Below, piece by piece: positions 55,889-64,000 of a stretch of 64,000 nt of DNA. The notes beneath the pieces were generated by a model, which was given only the letters and a program-made list of their open reading frames with translations, was not told the origin of the DNA and ran no database searches. This stretch comes from Kofleriaceae bacterium (GTDB taxonomy: Bacteria > Myxococcota_A > Polyangia > Haliangiales > Haliangiaceae). Both the position numbers and the translations under genes were made by a program. The stretch is taken from the NCBI GenBank assembly GCA_965215005.1, contig CBDCCZ010000006.1:64001-128000 (forward strand), given 5' to 3'. Every line of letters starts with the position of its first letter. Position 1 is the first letter of the stretch.

Positions 55889-56857
55889 TCAGCGCGCCGA
55901 CTTCACGGCGTGACGCGCTTTGTCGGAGCCGACTCTGTCGACGAAGATCTGGTGCAGGCTCGGCTCGACACGCTCGAAGCGACGCACCACCAACCCCTGC
56001 CGCACCAGCTCTTCGAGCACCGCCTGCGGACGGACCTCGGTTGCGAGCTCGAGCTCGTCATAGCCGTTTCGCGCCCGCAGCACCGCCACCAATCTGGGAT
56101 CGTCGAGCACCGTCTGTCGGGCTCGCGTCGCTTCGGCCTCGGTCTCGAAGGCAACCGCGAGCAGCCGCTCCCCCGCGGCCTCGCGCTTGACCTCGGCGAG
56201 CGCCCCTTCGACCACTTTGCGACCGCGCGCGATGATGCATACGTAGTCGCAGATCTTTTCAGCTTGCTCCATGAGGTGGGTCGAAAACAGCACCGTGCGG
56301 CCGAGGGCGCGTTGCTCGAGAACGATCTCCCGCAACACCTCGGCATTGATGGGATCGAGACCGCTCCAGGGCTCGTCGAGAATCACCAGCTCGGGCTCGT
56401 GGATCAGCGCGGAGGCAAACTGCACCTTTTGCTGCATGCCTTTAGACAGGTCTTGCACCTTGTTGCGCGCCCAATCGTCCAGGCCTAGCTTGGTGAGCCA
56501 ATCGCCCGCGCGCCGCATGGCATCACGAGTGCCAATGCCCCGCAGCTCGGCGAAAAACGTCAACGTCTCACCTACACGCATCTTGGGATACAGGCCGCGC
56601 TCCTCGGGCAAATAGCCGATTCGCCGCGCCGCCTCGCGCCCCGGCGAAAGCCCTTCCAGCAGGGAAATATCGCCTTCATCCGGCGCCGCGATGTCATTGA
56701 TCATCCGCAGCGTGGTGCTCTTGCCGGCGCCGTTGGGACCTAGCACTCCATAGATGACGCCCGTCTTCACCTCGAATGACAGCGAGTCGACCGCCAGGTG
56801 ATCGCCGTAGCGCTTGGTGACGCCACGCAAGCGCAGGCTGTAGGGTTCATCGTCCAC
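55889..56857 (-). CDS. ABC transporter ATP-binding protein (NatA/YhaQ-like)
   Basis: GPNGAGKST, GYLPEERGLY, LSKGMQQK, ILDEPWSGLDP, STH. Confidence 0.92.
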   Translation of the reverse strand: MDDEPYSLRLRGVTKRYGDHLAVDSLSFEVKTGVIYGVLGPNGAGKSTTLRMINDIAAPDEGDISLLEGLSPGREAARRIGYLPEERGLYPKMRVGETLTFFAELRGIGTRDAMRRAGDWLTKLGLDDWARNKVQDLSKGMQQKVQFASALIHEPELVILDEPWSGLDPINAEVLREIVLEQRALGRTVLFSTHLMEQAEKICDYVCIIARGRKVVEGALAEVKREAAGERLLAVAFETEAEATRARQTVLDDPRLVAVLRARNGYDELELATEVRPQAVLEELVRQGLVVRRFERVEPSLHQIFVDRVGSDKARHAVKSAR

Positions 56858-56872
56858 GGCCAGCGGAGCTTA

Positions 56873-57850
56873 TCAGCTCGACGGGTCGGTTTTCGCGCCT
56901 CCGCCGAGGAGGTAGAGGATTGCCATCCGCACGGCCACCCCATAGGTGACCTGATCGAGAATGACCGAGCGATCGCCGTCGGCGATGTCGGGCATCATCT
57001 CCACGCCGCGATTGATAGGACCTGGGTGCATCACGATGGCGTCGGATTTGGCGTACTCGAGGGTGCGGGCCGAGAGCCCAAAGTAGCGCGCATACTCGCG
57101 AGTATTGGCAAAGCGCGAGGATTCGCCAGCCATACGCTCGTTTTGCACCCGCAGCATCATCACCACGTCGGCCCCTTCGAGCGCTGGCTCGAGCCGATGG
57201 TGCACCGTGACGCGCTCCCGGGTGGCCTCGCCGCCGATCCCCGCAATCCCCGCAGGAATCAGCGACAGGGGCGCGCAGAGGCGCACCCGCGCGCCGAGCT
57301 TAGTGAGCGCGTGAATGTTGGAGCGCGCGACGCGTGAGTGGTCGATATCGCCGACGATGGCGACTTCGAGGCCCTCGATCTGTCCTTTGTGGCGACGAAT
57401 CGTCGCGCAGTCCAGCAGCGCCTGAGTGGGATGCTCATGGGTTCCATCGCCGGCGTTGACCACAGCAGCGTCCAAATGCTTGGCAATGAGCGCGGGTCCA
57501 CCGGAGGCGCCTACCCGAATGACGACCACGTCGGGGTTCATCGCCATCAGGTTGCGAGCGGTGTCGAGAATGGTCTCGCCTTTGGAGGCCGAGGACCCCG
57601 AGCCGCTGATGTTGATGGTGTCTGCCGATAGCCGCTTACCAGCGATCTCGAACGAGGTGCGAGTGCGGGTGGAGTTCTCGAGGAACAGATTGATGATAGT
57701 GCGGCCGCGCAGCGTTGGAACCTTCTTGATCGAGCGCTCGCTGATCGCCAAGAACTGCTCCGAGAGCTCGAGAATCTGCAGCAGGTCGATCGGCTCGAGC
57801 GGCGCGATGGCGAGCAAATGACGATGCGGAAAGGCGCGCACTTCACTCAT
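56873..57850 (-). CDS. pyrB: Aspartate carbamoyltransferase catalytic subunit
   Basis: [48 protein letters not shown]. Confidence 0.97.
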   Translation of the reverse strand: MSEVRAFPHRHLLAIAPLEPIDLLQILELSEQFLAISERSIKKVPTLRGRTIINLFLENSTRTRTSFEIAGKRLSADTINISGSGSSASKGETILDTARNLMAMNPDVVVIRVGASGGPALIAKHLDAAVVNAGDGTHEHPTQALLDCATIRRHKGQIEGLEVAIVGDIDHSRVARSNIHALTKLGARVRLCAPLSLIPAGIAGIGGEATRERVTVHHRLEPALEGADVVMMLRVQNERMAGESSRFANTREYARYFGLSARTLEYAKSDAIVMHPGPINRGVEMMPDIADGDRSVILDQVTYGVAVRMAILYLLGGGAKTDPSS

Positions 57851-58470
57851 GGCTCTTCCCCTCGGATGCGCACCACGACGCTGTCATCGTGACCGAGCTC
57901 TCGCAGGAGCACCTTTACCGACTCCTGGGCTTCGGTATCGGCGCCCAAGCCGACATAATCGGGCCGAATGGGCAGCTCGCGGTGGCCGCGATCGACGAGC
58001 ACCGCCAGCTCGACCGCCTTGGGGCGACCGAAGTCGGTCAACGCATCGAGCGCGGCTCGCACGGTGCGGCCGGTGTAGAGAACATCGTCGACCAACACCA
58101 CGCGGGTTCCCTCGAGCGCGAACGGCAACTCGGTGGGCCCGATTTCTGGCCTGGGCAATCCCTCGAAGACGTCGTCGCGGTAGAGCGTGATGTCGACGGC
58201 TCCCAGCGGCGGCGCCTGGCCCTCGATGGACTCGATGAGCGCCCGCAGGCGCTCGGCCAGGTGCAGCCCGCCGGTGCGGATCCCGACCAGCGCGACGCCG
58301 GCGACACCGCGGTGCCGCTCGACGATCTCATGAGCAATTCGACGGAGCATGCGCGCAATCGCGCTGTCGTCGGCGAGCACGCGCCGGACCACGAGGGCTT
58401 CGTCTCGCGCGGCGGGCGGTTTGTTGGCGGCCACGGCTCCCTGCCTAGCGAAACCCGCGGCCGCGGTCAA
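57847..58470 (-). CDS. pyrR: Bifunctional pyr regulator / uracil phosphoribosyltransferase PyrR
   Basis: [49 protein letters not shown]; start uncertain. Confidence 0.95.
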   Translation of the reverse strand: MTAAAGFARQGAVAANKPPAARDEALVVRRVLADDSAIARMLRRIAHEIVERHRGVAGVALVGIRTGGLHLAERLRALIESIEGQAPPLGAVDITLYRDDVFEGLPRPEIGPTELPFALEGTRVVLVDDVLYTGRTVRAALDALTDFGRPKAVELAVLVDRGHRELPIRPDYVGLGADTEAQESVKVLLRELGHDDSVVVRIRGEEP

Positions 58471-58522
58471 GCGACTCGTGGTCGTTCGCGCCGGCAGGCG
58501 GTGCAGCAGTGGGGTATCTTAG

Positions 58523-59392
58523 GTGCGGGTGAATCCTTCGGAGCGACTGGGAGCGGTCCTCGACGGCCGATACAAGCTGGTGCGGCTCATCGGACGCGGC
58601 GCGATGGCCGATGTCTATAAGGCCTTCGACCGGCTCACGGGTCGTGAGGTGGCGGTGAAAATCCTGCGGTTGTCGTTGGCGCGCGACACCGAAGCGGTGC
58701 AGCGGTTTCAACGTGAGGCGCGAGTACAGGAGATGGTGTCGCACCGCAACGTCGCTGCGTTGCACGGCGGCGGCGTGACTCCGGCACGAGAGCCGTACCT
58801 GGTGGTAGAGCTGCTGGTCGGACGGTCGCTGCGCACCGTGGTCAAAGGCGAGGGGCCGGTGGCGGTGGAGCGCGCCGCTAGCTACGCCTGGCAGGCACTG
58901 CAGGGGCTAGCGGCGGTCCATACCATGGGCGTGCTCCATCGCGATCTCAAGCCCGCCAATTTGATGCTCGAGCCCTCCGAGGGGCCGGTCGAACGGGTGG
59001 TGCTCATCGACTTTGGCTTTGCGGCGCTACACGGCGGCTCGCGACTCACCGCGCAAGGGCACGTGGTGGGCAGCTTGTCGTACTTGAGCCCGGAGCGCCT
59101 CACCGGAGAGAGTGGCGACGAGCGCTCCGACCTCTACGCGATGGGCGTGATCTTCTATGAGCTGGTAGTCGGCGCGCCGCCGTTCGATGCCACCGACGAC
59201 TACGAGCTCATCAACGCGCACCTGCAAACGCCGCCGGTGGCGCCGCGCGCTGCCAATCCCGCCGCGCGCATACCCGAGGCGGTGGAAACGCTGATCTTGC
59301 GGGCGCTTGCCAAGCAACCCGCGCAGCGCCCCGCCAACGCCAGCGCCATGGCTGCGGAGCTCGAACGCGCGATGATTGGCGTGGGGAGCTGA
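58523..59392 (+). CDS. Stand-alone Hanks-type Ser/Thr protein kinase
   Basis: IGRGAMADVY, VAVK, HRDLKPAN, DFG, GSLSYLSPE, SDLYAMG; start may be GTG 58529. Confidence 0.92.
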   Translation: MRVNPSERLGAVLDGRYKLVRLIGRGAMADVYKAFDRLTGREVAVKILRLSLARDTEAVQRFQREARVQEMVSHRNVAALHGGGVTPAREPYLVVELLVGRSLRTVVKGEGPVAVERAASYAWQALQGLAAVHTMGVLHRDLKPANLMLEPSEGPVERVVLIDFGFAALHGGSRLTAQGHVVGSLSYLSPERLTGESGDERSDLYAMGVIFYELVVGAPPFDATDDYELINAHLQTPPVAPRAANPAARIPEAVETLILRALAKQPAQRPANASAMAAELERAMIGVGS

Positions 59393-59396
59393 GGAG

Positions 59397-60299
<903 letters not shown>

Positions 60300-60383
60300 G
60301 GTGGCGGCATCTTTGCCAACCCGCGGTGACGCAGTCAACTCGACCCCTGCGAATTGCCCCGCTGGCCGCCATGACGTAAGGCA

Positions 60384-61151
60384 TCAGCGGGTGAGCATCT
60401 CGCACTGGCCGCGCATGTCGATGAAGTCGGCCGCGAAGCTGGTTCCGCGATCTCCACCGCCGCTCCAATCGGCGCGCGCAACCAGCAGCACGTCGCCATC
60501 GAGCTCATACGCGACGATTTCCGCCGCGACGTAGGGATTGTCGTAGGGGTCGGCGAGGCCCAAGTCGACCCATTGGTCACCGCAGCGCAGCTCGATGCGA
60601 TCTTCTTCCACCGCGTCCTCGCCGGCGTCGCCAAAGGCAAAGCTGCCATCACCCTGGCGCTCGCGCCGCAGCGCCCCGCCGGCGAGCTCGATGGTGGCGC
60701 CCGGCGCCAAGACCGCGCCCTGCTCCGCGGGCAGAAGCGCAAACTCGTGGTCAACCAGCTGCTGACGCGCCGTCGCGAGCGCGCTGGCATCGATGCGCGC
60801 CACGTCGACCGCGCCTTCGCCGGGCGCATAGCCGTAAACCGATACCGATCGCCCCTCTTCTCCGACGAACAGCACAAAGTAATCGCCGCCGCCGATTCGC
60901 GACACGTCGGGACCAACGCAGGCGACGGTCTTGGCCGCAGGGGCGTAGGCAAAACATTCACCAGGTCCGAGCTCGCCTTGTGCCAAGGCCTGCAAGCGAG
61001 CATCGATGGCCGCCGGTAACCCATCGGCGGCAGGCGCTGACGTCGCTGGCGGACCTTCTCTTGGCGCGGTCGCCGGTTGCGCGGCAGGCGGACTCTGGGC
61101 GCACCCCGCCGCCGCCGCGAAAAAAATCATCAGCCCGGAAACGATGCGCAT
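60384..61151 (-). CDS. Hypothetical lipoprotein
   Basis: MRIVSGLMIFFAAAAGC lipobox; Pro/Ala-rich linker. Confidence 0.7.
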   Translation of the reverse strand: MRIVSGLMIFFAAAAGCAQSPPAAQPATAPREGPPATSAPAADGLPAAIDARLQALAQGELGPGECFAYAPAAKTVACVGPDVSRIGGGDYFVLFVGEEGRSVSVYGYAPGEGAVDVARIDASALATARQQLVDHEFALLPAEQGAVLAPGATIELAGGALRRERQGDGSFAFGDAGEDAVEEDRIELRCGDQWVDLGLADPYDNPYVAAEIVAYELDGDVLLVARADWSGGGDRGTSFAADFIDMRGQCEMLTR

Positions 61152-61363
61152 CGAATCGATTCTCGCCGTCCGCTGCGCACCTGTCGAGGTAGGCAAATGC
61201 CGCTGAGGAAGGACGTGGGCAGCGCTTTGCGGCCGAAACAGGCGGCGCGAAAGCCGCTCTCGTTGACACCGCATGAACTCGAATCGAGCACAGAACTGAA
61301 TTCAAATTCATGTTTTTTCATAAACGAAAACAGTTATTTACGTACACATCGGGCAACGATTTC

Positions 61364-61392
61364 TTGACTTTAACTGGTCGATTGACCAGTTT
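61364..61392 (+). promoter_or_regulatory. tetR promoter with overlapping palindromic operator
   Basis: TTGACT (61364-69), 17 nt, CAGTTT (61387-92); perfect inverted repeat AACTGGTC-gatt-GACCAGTT (61372-61391). Confidence 0.75.
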
Positions 61393-61398
61393 GTCGCC

Positions 61399-62073
61399 AT
61401 GGCGAAAGCCCGCGCCAACCGCAGCCCCCGTGCTCGCGATCCCGAGAAGACCAAGGCCAAGATCCTTCGGGCTGCCACCGATCTGTTCACTCGCCTAGGG
61501 CTCAACGGCGCCAGCCTCGATGACATCTCGAAGAAGGCCGGCGTCAACCGCGGCCTCATCTACCACTATTTCAAAACCAAAGAGTCGCTGTTCGATCACG
61601 TGCTCGCGCGGCCGCTCGCGGCGTACGTGCAGACCCACCTCGAGTTCCTCCAGCACCGCGAGCTCGACTTGGTTGGGCTGCGCGAGTCGACCGCGAGCTT
61701 CTTTCACTTCCTCCGCGAGCACCCGGAGCTGGTGCGCCTGCTCGGCTGGACGCTCGCGATGCGCCGTCTGGCGATCGACGTAGCGCAGCTCGAGCTCACA
61801 CGGGTGCTATTTGCGCGCGCTGTGGAGCGCATCGAAGAAGCCCAGCGCAGCGGCGCGATCCGCCGCGAGCTCGATGCTCGTCACCTCCTGGTGACCATCA
61901 TCGACCTCTGCGTCGGCTGGCACTTGGGCAAGATTGAATGGGCGGAAAAGCTTTCGTGGACGCAACGCGATGCGCGCGAGCTCGATGACGAACGCCTCGC
62001 CGCCATTCTCGACGTGCTGGAAGCAGCGGTTCTGCCGCGACCCACACCGGCGAATACAGGAGAAGAGACATGA
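61399..62073 (+). CDS. TetR/AcrR family transcriptional regulator
   Basis: ILRAATDLF…GASLDDISKKAGVNRGLIYHYFKTKESLF. Confidence 0.94.
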   Translation: MAKARANRSPRARDPEKTKAKILRAATDLFTRLGLNGASLDDISKKAGVNRGLIYHYFKTKESLFDHVLARPLAAYVQTHLEFLQHRELDLVGLRESTASFFHFLREHPELVRLLGWTLAMRRLAIDVAQLELTRVLFARAVERIEEAQRSGAIRRELDARHLLVTIIDLCVGWHLGKIEWAEKLSWTQRDARELDDERLAAILDVLEAAVLPRPTPANTGEET

Positions 62074-62711
62074 ATCGATGGCTCGCACTTTCCGTTGCGG
62101 TGCTTGCGGCCCTGGTAGGCTGCGCGACCGATGAGCCACCTGCGGGAGGCGACGTGTCGCTGCATGCGCGTCTGGCGACCCGCGCCTTCTTGACGCTGGA
62201 GCCCTCGAGCGCCGTTGGGCTCGCCGCGTATGACCTCGATGGGACGACTCTGGAGTGCGCGCAACCGGCGCTCACCGGCGGGCAGGCGATTCTGCGCAGC
62301 AGCGAGGAGCTGCTTCTGGTCGAAAAGCTTGAGATTGACCTCTCGGACGTGGTCATCACGCCTGCCGCGACCAGCGCGAGGCTCGCGCTCACCGACGTGA
62401 GGCTGCGCCTCGGCACTCAGCTCGTGATCGAGCCGACGTGGGCCGCGGACGGACATGCAGTGCGCGGCGGGGGCACCGCCGACGTGCTCCTAGACTGGGC
62501 GCTCGTGACGCCCGCGGGGCCATCACCACTCGCCACGCAGCGGCTCCGCGACGTCGAGCTCTACGTGGACGTAACCCGTGGCGACGACCACACGGTGACG
62601 GCCACCGTGACCGCTGAGGTCGCCGGTTTCGTTGACCGCGTCGAGGTTCATGACTTCCGCCTCGCCGTCAGCGCAACCTCCACCGAGGTCGCCGCGGTCG
62701 AAGTGCGTTAG
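62070..62711 (+). CDS. Hypothetical lipoprotein
   Basis: LAALVGC lipobox; ATGA overlap with tetR; GGAGAAGAG RBS. Confidence 0.75.
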   Translation: MNRWLALSVAVLAALVGCATDEPPAGGDVSLHARLATRAFLTLEPSSAVGLAAYDLDGTTLECAQPALTGGQAILRSSEELLLVEKLEIDLSDVVITPAATSARLALTDVRLRLGTQLVIEPTWAADGHAVRGGGTADVLLDWALVTPAGPSPLATQRLRDVELYVDVTRGDDHTVTATVTAEVAGFVDRVEVHDFRLAVSATSTEVAAVEVR

Positions 62712-62749
62712 CCCCACGAAGGTCCTCGCCGCACCTACTGCATCACCCC

Positions 62750-62765
62750 TGGGCGCGGCGTTGCT
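62750..62765 (+). promoter_or_regulatory. Possible sigma54 promoter for the kinase gene
   Basis: TGGGCGCGGCGTTGCT: GG-N10-GC. Confidence 0.4.
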
Positions 62766-62809
62766 ATCATCAAGGATTGCCGCGCTCGGCCGATTGCTTG
62801 CTTGGACGC

Positions 62810-64000
62810 ATGATTGGCACGCACATCGGCAACTATCGGATCGTGTCCAAGCTTGGCGGCGGGGCGATGGGCGACGTGTACTGCGCCGAACACTCCACCA
62901 TCGGGCGACGGGCGGCGGTCAAAGTTCTCAAAGACTCCATTGCGCTCGATCCCGCGCTGCTCGCGCGATTCTTCGATGAAGCGCGCGCCGTCACTGAGAT
63001 TCGCCACCCCAACATCGTCGACATCACCGACTTCGGAACGGTGGATGGACGGCACTACATCATGATGGAGCTACTCGAGGGCGAGACGCTCGAAGCGCGG
63101 CTCAGTCGAACTCGTGCCATGGGTCCCGAGGTGGCGGTCTCGATCGCAGCGCAAGTGGCCTCGGCGCTCGGCGCCGCGCATGAGCACTCGATCGTCCACC
63201 GCGATCTCAAACCCGAGAATCTCTACATAACCGAGCATGCAGACTATCCAGACTGGGTAAAGGTGCTCGATTTCGGCATCGCCAAGCTCACCGGCGGGAT
63301 GCCGCAAGGACGCGAGCGCACCCAGGTGGGGATGCTCCTCGGCACCCCGGCGTATATGTCACCCGAGCAGTGCCGCGGTGCCGAAGAGCTCGATCATCGC
63401 AGCGACATCTACTCGCTCGGGGTGGTGCTGTATCAAATGGTGGTAGGCCGCCTGCCGCACGACGGCGGCAGCATCGCCGAGCTCTTGGCAGCGCACCTGC
63501 ACGATGAGCCGGTCCCGCCCAAGAAACTCGTCAAGTCACTGCCAGATGCTCTCGATGCCGTCATCGTCAAAACGATGGCGAAGGACCCGGCGCAGCGCTT
63601 TCAAGACATGCGCAGCCTCCGCCAAGCGCTCGATGCCATCTATCGCACCCCCAACAAGTTTCGTCGCGAGACACCGGTGGCCGCCATCGTAGCGGCTCCT
63701 CGGCGGGCTGAGGGTCCGGCTGTCGATACCAACATCTTGCGCCAAATCAAAAATCGGCCGCGCCCGAGCAAGCCGGCGCCAAAGCGGCGGAGCAAGCCGG
63801 TAGTCGATCGCCTCGCTGTCGGTACCTTCTCGACCGGCCGGGTCGGCGAAGAGCTGGCGCGCATCATTCTCGAACGGGTTCGTGAAGGCCGTCTGGTGTT
63901 GCCGGCGATGCCGCAAACCATCGCTAAGACGATGGAGCTCATCAACAACACGGATCTCAGCTTTGCCGACCTAGCAGCGGTGCTCGAGACTGATCCGCTG
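62810..64000 (+). CDS. Ser/Thr kinase fused to an HDOD domain (3' truncated; absent from ORF track)
   Basis: Manual translation: LGGGAMGDVY, AVKVL, HRDLKPEN, DFG, GTPAYMSPE; then LVLPAMPQ…LAAVLETDPL (HDOD start); no stop before window end. Confidence 0.88.
   Translation, partial: MIGTHIGNYRIVSKLGGGAMGDVYCAEHSTIGRRAAVKVLKDSIALDPALLARFFDEARAVTEIRHPNIVDITDFGTVDGRHYIMMELLEGETLEARLSRTRAMGPEVAVSIAAQVASALGAAHEHSIVHRDLKPENLYITEHADYPDWVKVLDFGIAKLTGGMPQGRERTQVGMLLGTPAYMSPEQCRGAEELDHRSDIYSLGVVLYQMVVGRLPHDGGSIAELLAAHLHDEPVPPKKLVKSLPDALDAVIVKTMAKDPAQRFQDMRSLRQALDAIYRTPNKFRRETPVAAIVAAPRRAEGPAVDTNILRQIKNRPRPSKPAPKRRSKPVVDRLAVGTFSTGRVGEELARIILERVREGRLVLPAMPQTIAKTMELINNTDLSFADLAAVLETDPL

Noticed and set aside
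62787..62802. Second GG-N10-GC box before the kinase
   Set aside because: Predicted +1 would fall downstream of the ATG at 62810.

Overview
High-GC chromosomal window, most likely from a myxobacterium (Myxococcota). This is inferred from a MYXO-CTERM-like motif, a TIGR02266-type PilZ protein, a DUF4388 protein, an AgmX/PglI-like C-terminal domain, an FHA-GAF sigma54 activator and Hanks kinases. It opens at the edge of an integrated element: a tyrosine integrase converges on the 3' end of a tRNA-Leu whose anticodon reads AAG, which is unusual in bacteria. Most of the window is housekeeping and signalling genes (cspA, lexA, murJ, hpt, alaS, gshA, pyrE, pyrB, pyrR, fabI, a PilT paralog, ExbB/ExbD, a Nat-type ABC transporter). 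The most interesting items are: (1) a B12/radical-SAM gene whose apparent TGA stop is very probably selenocysteine (…EPWFC-U-SEP… followed by a SECIS-like hairpin), tightly packed with YggX, an ATP-grasp ligase and a PLP D-cysteine-desulfhydrase-like enzyme; (2) an adjacent operon made of a frameshifted DabA (DUF2309) remnant, purK, purE, cysD and a CysN fused in frame to BioD instead of CysC; (3) a ~2060-aa Ca-binding repeat surface protein with an internal MYXO-CTERM tag plus a second signal peptide leading into a beta-barrel, possibly a polyprotein; (4) several sigma54 promoters and many leaderless-looking starts. All calls come from motif reading by eye; no searches were run.
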